The notes: generated from the letters alone by a model not told the origin. A stretch of 64,000 nt of DNA from a virus (IMGVR_UViG_3300006125_000005:15910-79909); one strand, 5' to 3'. Numbered from the stretch's first letter, positions 19,160 to 30,138 are shown. Program-made: numbers and translations.

Positions 19160-21935
19160 CGATAATATCTTAGGACCAGGTCCAGGGGCTATTATCCTCC
19201 CCATGGAGTTTAGAACTAACTTGGATAGAAGTATCCAAGAAATGACTACCTTCCTAAGCCTTTATCAACAAACAGTAAGTACCCAAAAAGCTTTTGAAGA
19301 GTCCATTGAGACTACCCAAGAAAAGTTTGGAAAGTTGCTGTCTGATCAGCAAACATCCTTGGGTGAAAGAAGAGAAGCTCTACAAATTGAGCTACAAATT
19401 CGTGATGCTGTTGATAATCAGCTTCGTACTACACAGCAGTTAAAGTCTGCTTTTAGTGAGTTAAATACTAGTATTGGCCAAATTAGTAATGCACTTGGTG
19501 GTAACCTTAGTGGAGTTAACTTAGGTAACTTACTTCATGGTGGTAGTGGAGGGCCAGCTGGTATATCAGCTTCGAGTACACAAGACTTAGAACAGTTAAT
19601 AGGTCAGTTAGCTTCTGCTATTCATCAAAATACCCAAGCTGTACAAACATCTGCTGGTCTTTCGACGGCTACAGGTGGCGGTGGAGGAGGCGGTGGTGGC
19701 CGTATAAGACCTCCTATTATTTTTGGTGGTAGTGGTGGTGGTTTCGGGGAAGATTCAGACGATGATGATGATGAAGAGGAAGATCCCCCAACAGGCCCAG
19801 GGACAACCTATACTAACCCAGCAACTGGTAAGAAGATCAATTTTAGTGGAGTTACCCCTAAAAAGACTCGAAGGAAAACAGTAAAGAGAATATCTGAAGG
19901 CGAACGAATTGCCAAAGAAGCTCATAAAAAGTTTGGTCAATTAGTATCTGGTATTCAGGCAACTAACCTTCCAGGGTCTGGTAGATTAGGGTATACACTT
20001 CGTAGAATTGAAAGCTTAACTGCTGATGAGTCAGGTCTTGGGTACTTGGGGAGATCTCTTAGAGCTTATGGGGCTAAAAAGTCACTATCTACACTTGCTG
20101 ATCAACAAGCTGCATTTGATGAACATGTTGCTGGAAAAATGGATGCTGGTGCTTCTAAAGCCCTTGCAGAAAGATCAGCAGCCAAAACTCTTGGTTATAC
20201 AGGAGAAAGTTTAGCAGCTGATACAGCTTCAGCTAGTGCTGCTGCAGAAGGTGGAAGTTCTCTTTTAGGTGGAGCATTAAGTGGTGCAGGAGCTGGAGCT
20301 GCTGAAGTTGCTTTACCAGTAGCTGCTGTTGTAGCTGCTGGTCTTATGACTTATAAGGCTTTTTCTTATGGGGCTCAACAGCAACAAGCCTATACAGGTG
20401 TAACTGGTGGTACTAGTGAAGGCCAAGCTGTAGGGTATGGCTTACAAGATATGTGGACTGGTATAAGTACTCTTGGTAGAGTTAGTTCAGGAGACTCTAG
20501 ACAAATCCGTATGCAGGCTTTATCCGCTGGATATAGAGGCTCAACACTTGATCAGTCATATAATTTTGGTATCTTTGCAAAAGAAAATTATGACATAAGC
20601 CCCCAAGAATCAGCCCAAATGTTTGCAGCTGCTGTAGTAACAGCTAAAATGTCAGTAGGAGAATTGTCTAGTGCCCTAAGTGATTTAGCAACAGTTTCTT
20701 CTGGTACTTCTACATCCTTTGCAGCATTACAGCAAAACTTTACGACCAACCTACAGTCTATGGGTGGTATGGGTATGACTGGGTCTGGCCTTAGTGTTGC
20801 TGCATTAAGTTTGGCAACAACTTATCAAGGTGATCTTCAATTACAAAATGCTGGAAGTTCAGCTGCTCTATTCCAAAGCTATGGTGGGCAAGCTATGATT
20901 GCTCAACAGCTGGGTATTGCTCCATCTAGTATGTATAATTATTTGCAAGGTGCTGGAGGAACTGGTAATGCACAGCAAAATGATATTAACGCTGCTTCAG
21001 CATCCGATTCTGTAATTGACGGGCTTCTTGCTAGACTTGGATTAAAGCACGGAGATAGTAAGGCTAAGGTTGGTCAGTTTGCTATGCAACTTGCTATGAT
21101 CTTTGACCAATATATGCCCAATGCAGATGGAACCTCCTGGACTCAAACAAACGCTGTTGAAGCAGCTTATAAGAGGTTAAGTGTAGTCACAAGTGGAGTT
21201 GCTGCACTTGGAGGTTCTCCTCATACTGCTGAAGCTCAAAGAATTGAAGGTTTGGCATCTTCAGAGATGCACTCAATGAAGACCAAAGAACTTACTGCTA
21301 TGAGTGAAAGAGAACAGCTTGGGCTAACTATGTTTGAAAGACAGTATGTTGGGACTGTTAGATTAGCTGAGTCTGATGCCAGAAAACGTTGGAGTTTGAC
21401 ATCAAACGATAAGGGTATGACTACAGGCTTAGTCTACAGACTTAAAAAAGCTAACGGGACATATGAGCAAGTTACTGACCAAGAGCTTCAAGATATGAAG
21501 AGCTCTGGAAGTGCTAGAGTTACAGCTAGGTATGCTGCATGGGCAAATGCTATTAATAGTGGTCAGGCACAAATGGGTAATATGGACCCCAATACCCATA
21601 AACTTATGAATGGCACCAATTGGAGAACCTTAGCTGACTTAGAAAACAATAGGAATCTTGCTGCTACACAGGGAGGCTTTGCAGGAGAATCTAAGGCCTT
21701 TAAAGCACAGTTTGATCTTACCCCGGGTGCTCGTGCTCTTCTTAGAATTATTAATAATCCAGAAGCTGCAAGAAATGCTCAATCGTTGTTTGATAGACAG
21801 CGTGGAAGACATGCTGGTGAACTTTCTAGATTTGGTTCAGTTGAAAATCTTGCTGTAGCTACTGTAGGATCTGTTGCAAATGCTGGACAATGGGTTGGCC
21901 ATGGAGCTGAGCATCTTTGGGACGACATCTTTTAG
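19143..21935 (+). CDS. Tape measure protein
   Basis: 930 aa; Ala/Gly-rich and helical; follows chaperone pair. Confidence 0.8.
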   Translation: MKMDYNDNILGPGPGAIILPMEFRTNLDRSIQEMTTFLSLYQQTVSTQKAFEESIETTQEKFGKLLSDQQTSLGERREALQIELQIRDAVDNQLRTTQQLKSAFSELNTSIGQISNALGGNLSGVNLGNLLHGGSGGPAGISASSTQDLEQLIGQLASAIHQNTQAVQTSAGLSTATGGGGGGGGGRIRPPIIFGGSGGGFGEDSDDDDDEEEDPPTGPGTTYTNPATGKKINFSGVTPKKTRRKTVKRISEGERIAKEAHKKFGQLVSGIQATNLPGSGRLGYTLRRIESLTADESGLGYLGRSLRAYGAKKSLSTLADQQAAFDEHVAGKMDAGASKALAERSAAKTLGYTGESLAADTASASAAAEGGSSLLGGALSGAGAGAAEVALPVAAVVAAGLMTYKAFSYGAQQQQAYTGVTGGTSEGQAVGYGLQDMWTGISTLGRVSSGDSRQIRMQALSAGYRGSTLDQSYNFGIFAKENYDISPQESAQMFAAAVVTAKMSVGELSSALSDLATVSSGTSTSFAALQQNFTTNLQSMGGMGMTGSGLSVAALSLATTYQGDLQLQNAGSSAALFQSYGGQAMIAQQLGIAPSSMYNYLQGAGGTGNAQQNDINAASASDSVIDGLLARLGLKHGDSKAKVGQFAMQLAMIFDQYMPNADGTSWTQTNAVEAAYKRLSVVTSGVAALGGSPHTAEAQRIEGLASSEMHSMKTKELTAMSEREQLGLTMFERQYVGTVRLAESDARKRWSLTSNDKGMTTGLVYRLKKANGTYEQVTDQELQDMKSSGSARVTARYAAWANAINSGQAQMGNMDPNTHKLMNGTNWRTLADLENNRNLAATQGGFAGESKAFKAQFDLTPGARALLRIINNPEAARNAQSLFDRQRGRHAGELSRFGSVENLAVATVGSVANAGQWVGHGAEHLWDDIF

Positions 21936-21950
21936 ATTGGTAATATATTA

Positions 21951-22577
21951 ATGGCCCCTATTGACATCAATACAACTCAATCTAATACAGCACACCTTAT
22001 AGCTCACCTAAATAAGCAGGGAGCTACAAAGATTGTGCCACTACCCTTTAACCCAAACGATTTAACTTGGTCTTATGATATTAATAAAATATCGTTTGAT
22101 ACCTACGGTGGCCGTGTTACCCAAATTCTTTCTGTAAAAACAGGGAGCATGTCATTATCTGGAGATAGTGGCTCTAGATTTAATTTGCTCAATCTCTATA
22201 AGTATATTAAATCTTTGCAGGAATGGCAGGTACAAAATTCTAAAGCTCTAGAGTTTGTTTTACCAAGTGTCAGCTTTGGTGACATAGGTAGTCTCTACGT
22301 TTGGATTAGAGGTATGAATATTGGATGGGACCCAACAACGGTAACTTATCCCTATACTATTCAGTTTGAAATACAAGATGACGGTGGATACGGAGATATC
22401 CAGCAAGTTGGATCAGGGCAAACAGGTTTTGATGAGCTTGTTTCATTATTTGTAAATATGAACTTAAGCAATGGTACACATGGTATAGGCTTTAATAGTT
22501 ATTATGCTGGATTAGATCAAAATACTTCTGGAGTAGTTTCGTTTAATCAATTAAGTCAAGTTACAGGTCAGGGTTAA
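21951..22577 (+). CDS. Baseplate / tube-initiator-like protein
   Basis: LPFNPNDLTWSY...TYGGRV motif; follows tape measure. Confidence 0.5.
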   Translation: MAPIDINTTQSNTAHLIAHLNKQGATKIVPLPFNPNDLTWSYDINKISFDTYGGRVTQILSVKTGSMSLSGDSGSRFNLLNLYKYIKSLQEWQVQNSKALEFVLPSVSFGDIGSLYVWIRGMNIGWDPTTVTYPYTIQFEIQDDGGYGDIQQVGSGQTGFDELVSLFVNMNLSNGTHGIGFNSYYAGLDQNTSGVVSFNQLSQVTGQG

Positions 22578-22578
22578 A

Positions 22579-22764
22579 ATGAGTCAAAATCCCGTAAATA
22601 GCACTCAAGGTTTTGTAGCTAATTGTCCAATTTCAACTGTTAGGACTTTTCCAGAATCTGAGCTTATCCCCTTCAATGGTTTTGCATGGTCTAATGTACA
22701 GGGTATGATACATCAATCTAACCTTGTGAGTGCAGATAATCCCTTGAACTTCTTAGGAGACTGA
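22579..22764 (+). CDS. Small baseplate-region protein
   Basis: 61 aa; tightly packed between flanking genes. Confidence 0.45.
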   Translation: MSQNPVNSTQGFVANCPISTVRTFPESELIPFNGFAWSNVQGMIHQSNLVSADNPLNFLGD

Positions 22765-22765
22765 T

Positions 22766-23569
22766 ATGTCAGATCCTACTGCAAAGTCTACATCTACAGT
22801 TGGTTCTAATCTTCTAAATAGTACAAATCCACATAATGCTATCATTACTTTAGCAGACAGATCAAACTCTGGTACGAGGGATTTTTACGTAAATATAACT
22901 TCTTTGCAAACAGGTATCTTTACACAGTATGACTCCAGTCAAGTTAGGAGAGGCATTTCTTGGTTCCCTATTAGACGTGGAGAAATGTTTATTTCGTTTA
23001 CCATCCAATGGGCTTTACAGTCAGTAAATAATGTTACAAGCTTTCATGATATGCAATTATTCCAAAACTCTATAAGGTCTCACCATAGAGCTTCAGCATT
23101 AACTACGGGGTCCCAACCCACTCCAATGACTTTAACATTACTAAATAATGCTAATGGAAACCCATTGATTAGTGACGAAAGTGTTGGGTCTAGTACAACT
23201 TTGTCAAGTACAGATTTTCCTTCAGTGTTCCAAGGTTGGATTCAAACAGCAGAAAAAGAATACTCTAGATTTAAATCTACCTTTACACGTTCATATAATA
23301 TGAACATTTTAAATAATCTTACTGGAGCTATAACATCTAGTGGAATAGCTGATCAAGCAAATGAAGCTTTCCTACTACCCGTTAATGTTCCTTCCAATTC
23401 ACTTTTTAATGATTACTCTACCCAGCTGATAAAATCTGGAATAGACGTAAGTTTAATTCCTGGAGAAAGTACTTTAGCTATCTACGGTGGGACTACATAT
23501 TTTAATAATACTGCTCCACCAGTTTCTACTGTACCCAACCCAACTCAAGCACAACAGATAGGAAGCTAA
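22766..23569 (+). CDS. Baseplate-region structural protein
   Basis: 267 aa; synteny. Confidence 0.45.
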   Translation: MSDPTAKSTSTVGSNLLNSTNPHNAIITLADRSNSGTRDFYVNITSLQTGIFTQYDSSQVRRGISWFPIRRGEMFISFTIQWALQSVNNVTSFHDMQLFQNSIRSHHRASALTTGSQPTPMTLTLLNNANGNPLISDESVGSSTTLSSTDFPSVFQGWIQTAEKEYSRFKSTFTRSYNMNILNNLTGAITSSGIADQANEAFLLPVNVPSNSLFNDYSTQLIKSGIDVSLIPGESTLAIYGGTTYFNNTAPPVSTVPNPTQAQQIGS

Positions 23570-26568
23570 TGCCTTTTGGTAACGCTGGAACCTTTGCATA
23601 TACACCTGATGTTAAAGTGTATATTTCTACAACTAGAAATGGTTTCATTGATGTTTCGGATGACGTTATGTCATTTACTGTAACAAGACAGGTTAATGCT
23701 ACTAGTTCTGCATCAGTAATTCTTACTAATAAAGACTGGAAATACACCCCAGCAGGTACACCTGGCGCTATTGGGACGGAGCCTCCAATCATTGAGACTA
23801 TGGATAGAATTATTATCCTGCTTAAAAGAACTACCTATTTACAAGTATTTTCTGGGTTTGTAACTTCAGCTCCTATTATTGGACTTATCCCATCCCCAAT
23901 ACAAATTACTGCAAACTGTACACTCTATAGATTGCAAAATGTTTATTGGGATGCTTCAATCCCACAGTTTCAAGCATTAGTACCTGGTATCTTAGAGGGT
24001 AAAGATATTAGTAATGCAGTTGTTGGTTACGGAAATGATGGTGGAGTAGCCCAAAGTGTTAGAGACGTACTGTCCCAGGTAGCTTACTGGCCACTTAGCA
24101 ATATTCATATTTCAGCTTTACCCAATGACTGGATAACATATGCTGAAAATATTTACAATAATGACATTGTAGGTAACTCAGCTACATCATTGTCCCAAAA
24201 TAGTACAGTAACCTTAATGCAACTACTAGATGGAGCTGGAATTGCAGCTGGAGCTAACTTATTAGCTCAAGATGAAGCAATTGCTTGGAATAATCCTACT
24301 ACTAGTAATGGTGGAGCAGTAAATCAATCTCTTGTAGAAATTCCTTATGGTCAAAAAACCTATGCTTATGCTGTAGCTTATAATAGGGCTGTAAGCTCAA
24401 CTAAGCAAGACGGTGTTGAAATTATAGGCTTAGATAACACTGAGTTACAGAGTTATATTGATCAAGGTAATACTTTATCACCTGGTAACTGTGCAGGAAA
24501 AGATGCTATTAAGAACCCACAGTGGGGTCCAGTAGACTTTTGGTCAATCATTCCTTGGCCTTACTCCAACGAACCTAATATTAACAGTGATGCTAGGAAT
24601 ACGGCCAGAGACTGGTTATCTGAAGATAGTAACTTTAATGAAGGTAGACCCATACTTCTTACTAACACTCAAAATGGAAATCAGGTAGTTGTAAGGGCAA
24701 GTATTACAGCAAAAGTCCCTCCAGGTGGTAAAGATGCTGGTATTGGACTAAGTAGGGCAGCTTGGGAAGCTTTAGCTGGTCCCGTAGTAACAAGACAAGG
24801 AGTTAATAGAGAATTAGATTTTTATTACAGCAACGTAGTACCTGTAACATGTGCTTTTGTTGATACTACTTCTTCGTTGATTACTCCAGGTGTACAAAAC
24901 AGTACAAGCTTGCAGCAGCAATTAAAGGCTGCTGGTTTTAATCTTAATAGCAGTTTTCCCCAAGATAAACCAACTAACGGTAAAATTGTTACAACAGGGC
25001 AAAGTAGCCTTATAACAATGGGTAGCAGTACGACTGTAAATGACCAAAATGGAACAAACGTAGCAGCTAGTGCTGTATCTTATGCTTTAACACAGCTAGG
25101 AAAACCTTATTCTTGGGGTTATGGACATAGTGGATCTGGAACTACACCAACAGGTTTTGACTGCTCAGGTTTAGTAGATTGGAGCTATTCTAAAGCTGGA
25201 TTAAACTTTGGTGGAAAGGGTGCAGAAGGTTTACGAACAGATACTGATATGCCTGGTAGATTTATTCCAGTAAGTGAATTAAATCAAAATGGAGTTTGTG
25301 ACCCTAACGGGTACGGTATTAAAGTTAATAAGTTAACTAACACATTAAGAACTGGAGATTTGATCTTTTGGATGGAGGGGTCTACACAAGCTCAGCACGT
25401 AATGATGTACGTTGGAGAAGTTCAAGGCAGAAGTGGAGTACAAGTTATCCAAGCTGCTGGTGGGCCTGATAAGAACGATACTATTGGGAATCATGCTCCA
25501 GGAAGCCCTGGTATTATATTGGCTAGTCTTAGTGAAATAATTCAATACTGGGTTCCTGGATCTTCTGGGTTAAAAGCTATTGGTGGTATTAGAAGACCCT
25601 CTACTGGTGTTACAGATGAGGGCCGGGGCAGTACTACTATGACGTCAACAACTTTAGCATCTGGTGTAACACCAGGAAACATTAACAACAATACAGTTTC
25701 AGTTTATGGAAACCTTACTCCTACTACTCAAATTACTACATCTGTAACTGGAACAACTGGTGCATCCACTAACATTTCTAGTACAGGAAATGGTAATTTT
25801 AACTTTGAGTGGACAAATGCTGGAATGGATACAAAAGCATTATGGATGTTTGGTTCTCCCAGAGCTTTTATTTCTGATGTCCCAGTATTAAGTAGCATAT
25901 CTACACTAATTACTACAAGCCTTAGGGATTTCCAATCAGCCCCCAATGGTGATTTTGTTGCCTGGTATCCAGATTACTTTGGGTTATATGGTACAGCTCC
26001 AACTATTGATGTTTATGACATCGAAATTTTAGACTTTAAAATTCAACATGATGATAATTACTTAGTTACCCACGTAGGCGTTGCTGGAGATCCTTTCTTT
26101 ATGGGACAGGGTGTTCAGCTTGCTGACTGGATTTCTAGTAATGGAATTGTTTCATTGCAAATTCCAGAAATTATGGCATATTTATTCAAGGGAGATAAGA
26201 AAGCTACAGATTCTCTATTTGGTAACCAAGCTATCAACTTCCTAAATAGGTATGGCATGAGGCCAATAGTACAAGAACAGCCAATGATTCAAAGTCATTT
26301 GCTTGAATTTATGTATGCTTGGCAGCTGTTCCTTTTAAATTGGTCCCAACAATATACTACAGAGGTTTCGTTTACGTTTATGCCTGAGCTTTATCCAGGT
26401 ATGAGAATTAATTTAGCTGATCACGGGATTGAAGTTTATGTACAGTCAGTAACACACCAAGGTTCAAGAGAAGGTGGGTTTACTACAGAAGCTCAGGTTA
26501 CGTGCCCTATTACCAGAGATGCTAATGGAAATGTACAAATTATGCATTATGGATTCCCCGTTAGCTAA
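23569..26568 (+). CDS. Baseplate hub with inserted NlpC/P60 peptidase domain
   Basis: Hub-like ends (DVSDDVMSFTVTR; FMPELYPGMRI...VQSVTH); internal YALTQLGKPYSWG...FDCSGLV...GDLIFW...HVMMY. Confidence 0.8.
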   Translation: MPFGNAGTFAYTPDVKVYISTTRNGFIDVSDDVMSFTVTRQVNATSSASVILTNKDWKYTPAGTPGAIGTEPPIIETMDRIIILLKRTTYLQVFSGFVTSAPIIGLIPSPIQITANCTLYRLQNVYWDASIPQFQALVPGILEGKDISNAVVGYGNDGGVAQSVRDVLSQVAYWPLSNIHISALPNDWITYAENIYNNDIVGNSATSLSQNSTVTLMQLLDGAGIAAGANLLAQDEAIAWNNPTTSNGGAVNQSLVEIPYGQKTYAYAVAYNRAVSSTKQDGVEIIGLDNTELQSYIDQGNTLSPGNCAGKDAIKNPQWGPVDFWSIIPWPYSNEPNINSDARNTARDWLSEDSNFNEGRPILLTNTQNGNQVVVRASITAKVPPGGKDAGIGLSRAAWEALAGPVVTRQGVNRELDFYYSNVVPVTCAFVDTTSSLITPGVQNSTSLQQQLKAAGFNLNSSFPQDKPTNGKIVTTGQSSLITMGSSTTVNDQNGTNVAASAVSYALTQLGKPYSWGYGHSGSGTTPTGFDCSGLVDWSYSKAGLNFGGKGAEGLRTDTDMPGRFIPVSELNQNGVCDPNGYGIKVNKLTNTLRTGDLIFWMEGSTQAQHVMMYVGEVQGRSGVQVIQAAGGPDKNDTIGNHAPGSPGIILASLSEIIQYWVPGSSGLKAIGGIRRPSTGVTDEGRGSTTMTSTTLASGVTPGNINNNTVSVYGNLTPTTQITTSVTGTTGASTNISSTGNGNFNFEWTNAGMDTKALWMFGSPRAFISDVPVLSSISTLITTSLRDFQSAPNGDFVAWYPDYFGLYGTAPTIDVYDIEILDFKIQHDDNYLVTHVGVAGDPFFMGQGVQLADWISSNGIVSLQIPEIMAYLFKGDKKATDSLFGNQAINFLNRYGMRPIVQEQPMIQSHLLEFMYAWQLFLLNWSQQYTTEVSFTFMPELYPGMRINLADHGIEVYVQSVTHQGSREGGFTTEAQVTCPITRDANGNVQIMHYGFPVS

Positions 26569-26649
26569 AGAAGACACATATAGAGACTCGAGTCTCTTAA
26601 ATTGAAACAAAGTTTTAATATATTTTCCCCCAAGTACTAGAGAAACTAA

Positions 26650-29600
26650 ATGCCAACAATTCATAGACAATATGATACATCTTCCAACGTTAGAAGAGTT
26701 ACTTTACAAACAGAACCCTATGTAGATAGTCTTACTGATACGGCTAGAGTAGTAGGGCAGGATGCTATTGGGTTCCAATATCAGATTGACCTAACTGTAC
26801 TTCCACCTGGTGTTGTATTAAGCTCTTTGCAACAAGGTCAAGATTGGATTGTAGAAAAAAGAGCTTCTCCTTCCTACAGATTACTCTTCTTTTGTGGTGA
26901 ATTAGGATTAGCTACCGGACCTGCAAATGGTGACTTAGATGGTTCTTTCCCCAATCCAACTGTAGTTGGTTTAAACGGATACCCAATTGCTAATGTAGTA
27001 CCAGCTTCAGGGCAAGTACTTGGGTTTCAAGGAAGCAGTAACCCCGGTACAGGATTAAATAGTGGAGATGGTGGTGGTGTTTGGGTTCCAATAACATTTA
27101 GTGGTGGCGGTGGTGGAGCACAAGGTCCACAAGGTCCGCAAGGCAACGACGGTGCTCAGGGACCACAAGGAGACATCGGCCCGCAGGGCTACCAGGGCTA
27201 CCAGGGCTACCAGGGCTACCAAGGCTTCCAAGGCGCACAAGGTATTCAGGGCTCTGGCTCTCAAGGTGTTCAGGGAAGTCAAGGATATCAGGGAAACCAA
27301 GGTCGCTCGTTCCTCAATGTCACCTCAACCACCTCGGTCACGCTAAACGGCGGCATTGACGGAACCTCAGTCACTTTTGCCACGCCCTACACCGGAGCGT
27401 ATCTTGCAGCCTATGGTGGTCAGGAATGGGTCTACGTCTACAACAACGCTGGCGTGTCGCTCTACGGGCAGATTACAGCCCTCTCGTTGGACACCTCCAT
27501 TACCGTCCTCGTTTACTCACACAGCGGTACAGGAACCTACGGAGCCTACTGGACATTCTCGCTGGCATCTTCTCCCGGTTCTGCCGGCGCTACCGGACCT
27601 CAAGGAGCACAGGGTTATCAAGGTTTGACCGGGCCGCAAGGATCACAGGGTTATCAAGGTTTGACCGGGCCGCAAGGATCACAAGGATCACAAGGAACCA
27701 CCGGAGCACAAGGCAATCAAGGCTTTCAAGGATATCAGGGCACTCAGGGTAGCCAAGGTGTGCAGGGCTATCAGGGCGCACAAGGTTCTCAAGGCTACCA
27801 AGGCACGACCGGAGCGCAAGGAACCCAAGGAGTTCAAGGCACGCAGGGATACCAAGGTAATCAGGGCGTACAGGGCGCACAGGGTAGCCAAGGAACTCAA
27901 GGATATCAGGGAAACCAAGGCACACAGGGTTTGCAGGGATATCAAGGCACGACCGGAGCGCAAGGCAACCAAGGCGTACAAGGTTCGCAAGGTAACCAAG
28001 GTTCCCAAGGTTCAACGGGACCGCAGGGCAACCAAGGCACACAGGGTTTGCAGGGATATCAAGGCACGACCGGCGCTCAGGGAGCGCAAGGTTTCCAAGG
28101 GAATCAAGGCCAACAGGGTTTTCAAGGCAATCAGGGATACCAAGGCACGACTGGTTCGCAGGGAGCTGGCGGAACGCTCGGCTACTACGGCTCGTTCTAC
28201 GACACCACCACGCAGTCAGTAGGTTCTGCCAACACGCCTACGGCAATGACCTTCAACACCACGGCGGAGAACAACGGCGTCTCCATCACCAGCAGCAGCC
28301 AGATTTTGTTTGCCAACGCCGGAACTTACAACGTGCAGTTCTCGGCGCAACTCACGCAGACCGACAACAGCAGCGACAACGTGCAGATTTGGCTCCGCAA
28401 GAACGGCAGCGACTTAACCGAGACCAACACAACGGTCACGATGGATAAGCAGAACAGCGACAAAGTTGCCTCGTGGAACTTTGTGCTCACCGTTGCAGCC
28501 AACGATTACCTGCAACTTATGTGGGAATCCAATTCCACAAGCGTTACCTTGCTTGCTCAATCAGCAGGCAGCACCTACCCTGCCACTCCCTCAGTCATCT
28601 TGACCGTGCAGCAGGTGATGTATACGCAACTCGGACCGCAAGGTCCACAAGGACTTCAAGCTTATTCATTTGTTAACCCACTAACAGTTAGTGGTGGTTC
28701 AACGGTATTAGTTTCTGGTAATGGTGCAATCACTACAGGAAATATAACTAACACTAACTTACTTACGACGAGTGGCGCTGTAGTACAAAATAACCTTGCA
28801 GTCAGTGGAACTATAACTAATATCAGTGGATTTCAATATTTTCCAATACTTGCATCGGGGACAGATGCAAAAACTACCACCTATCAGGTACAAGCTTCTG
28901 ATAATGGAAAGATAATTCTTGCTAGTGGTGGAACCATTACCCTTGTATCTGGTGCCCCAGCACCACCTTGGTATATTGGTATTGCTAACTATGCTCAATT
29001 TACAACAACAGTTAACCCAAATGGTATTAAGCTAAATGGTAATAATGCTAACTATACACTAGTTACTAACCAAAGTGCTATTATTTATTCTGACGGAGCT
29101 GGTGGTTATGGTTTAGTTACAGCACCATCTTCTCAAAATAACGTATTGACTTCTCAGCTAAACGTAACAGGTGTTGTTTCTACCGGCGGTGCAATTACAT
29201 CTGGTGGTAGGTGGGTTTATACAGGTTCATCAAGTGGTCAAATTTTAACTCTGGGTGCTGTAACAAACGGTACAATGACAAGTCTTACTAATTTAGCATC
29301 AGTTCCAGTTACTTTATCAGGTGCTTCAACTACTATTAACACTTTTGGTACTACGGGAAGCTTAGTCGTTCCACCAAATACTTCTTATACGTTCTTCTAT
29401 ACTACTACAGGTTCTACTTGGTATGCTACTGCTTCGAGCCCAGCACCTGGTACTATTAACGGTAACCTAACAGTTTCTGGAAACGTAACAGTTAGTGGTA
29501 CCCTTACTATGGGAAACACTAAAGTTACCGGTCTTGCTAGTGGCACTGCTTTAACTGATGCAGTAAACGTAAGTCAAATTTACTCTTCAATGCAAGCAGC

Positions 29601-30138
29601 AGCTCTTACTCCAGTCATTAGTGGAACAACAGCTATTGCTGAAACTGTTGGTAGAATCTTCCTCAACTCTAGTCTTTCTCCAGCAAGTGGAGCCGTACGT
29701 ATTAATGCTGTTTATTTAACTGCTGGTCAAGTAATTCATAATATCAGTTTTAATACCACTGCTACCGCTGGAACAACCGTCAGTGGAACATGGGGTGGCA
29801 TTTTTACAGCATCTGGTACAACTGTTACGCTTGTTGCTGCTACAGCTCAACAAGGTCTTTCATCACTACCTGCTACAAGTTTGTTTACTTGGCCTATTGC
29901 TACAATTGCAGCAGGTTTATCAAGTACTTATACAGTTCCATCAAGTGGTCTATACTATATTGGTGTATGTATTACAGCAACTACTATGCCGACAATGTCA
30001 GCTATTAACGGAACAGCATATAATAACATACAGCCCCCAATTGGTTTTACTTTTACTGGTTCAACAAACCCAGCGGCTATTGGCACAACATACACAGGAA
30101 CTGCAGCTACATTAACGTTTTACTACGTACTGGCTTAG
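26650..30138 (+). CDS. Tail fibre / spike with long collagen-like domain
   Basis: 1162 aa; GDLDGSFPNPTV repeat; long G-X-Q triplet tracts; BclA/C1q-like YGSFYDTT...GTYNVQFSAQ domain; KVTGLASGT..TDAVNVSQ stalk motif. Confidence 0.8.
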   Translation: MPTIHRQYDTSSNVRRVTLQTEPYVDSLTDTARVVGQDAIGFQYQIDLTVLPPGVVLSSLQQGQDWIVEKRASPSYRLLFFCGELGLATGPANGDLDGSFPNPTVVGLNGYPIANVVPASGQVLGFQGSSNPGTGLNSGDGGGVWVPITFSGGGGGAQGPQGPQGNDGAQGPQGDIGPQGYQGYQGYQGYQGFQGAQGIQGSGSQGVQGSQGYQGNQGRSFLNVTSTTSVTLNGGIDGTSVTFATPYTGAYLAAYGGQEWVYVYNNAGVSLYGQITALSLDTSITVLVYSHSGTGTYGAYWTFSLASSPGSAGATGPQGAQGYQGLTGPQGSQGYQGLTGPQGSQGSQGTTGAQGNQGFQGYQGTQGSQGVQGYQGAQGSQGYQGTTGAQGTQGVQGTQGYQGNQGVQGAQGSQGTQGYQGNQGTQGLQGYQGTTGAQGNQGVQGSQGNQGSQGSTGPQGNQGTQGLQGYQGTTGAQGAQGFQGNQGQQGFQGNQGYQGTTGSQGAGGTLGYYGSFYDTTTQSVGSANTPTAMTFNTTAENNGVSITSSSQILFANAGTYNVQFSAQLTQTDNSSDNVQIWLRKNGSDLTETNTTVTMDKQNSDKVASWNFVLTVAANDYLQLMWESNSTSVTLLAQSAGSTYPATPSVILTVQQVMYTQLGPQGPQGLQAYSFVNPLTVSGGSTVLVSGNGAITTGNITNTNLLTTSGAVVQNNLAVSGTITNISGFQYFPILASGTDAKTTTYQVQASDNGKIILASGGTITLVSGAPAPPWYIGIANYAQFTTTVNPNGIKLNGNNANYTLVTNQSAIIYSDGAGGYGLVTAPSSQNNVLTSQLNVTGVVSTGGAITSGGRWVYTGSSSGQILTLGAVTNGTMTSLTNLASVPVTLSGASTTINTFGTTGSLVVPPNTSYTFFYTTTGSTWYATASSPAPGTINGNLTVSGNVTVSGTLTMGNTKVTGLASGTALTDAVNVSQIYSSMQAAALTPVISGTTAIAETVGRIFLNSSLSPASGAVRINAVYLTAGQVIHNISFNTTATAGTTVSGTWGGIFTASGTTVTLVAATAQQGLSSLPATSLFTWPIATIAAGLSSTYTVPSSGLYYIGVCITATTMPTMSAINGTAYNNIQPPIGFTFTGSTNPAAIGTTYTGTAATLTFYYVLA
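27115..28170 (+). repeat. Collagen-coding (G-X-Q)n repeats, interrupted by one globular module
   Basis: cagggctac x4; 36-bp tandem duplication at about 27609-27682; ggcacacagggtttgcagggatatcaaggcacgaccgg present twice. Confidence 0.85.

Noticed and set aside
27115-28170. CRISPR array or DGR repeats
   Set aside because: Repeats are in-frame collagen codons without unique spacers; no cas or reverse transcriptase gene in the window
27055-28676. Overlapping alternative-frame and reverse ORFs in the fibre gene
   Set aside because: Shadows of GC-rich collagen repeats; no RBS or recognisable domains
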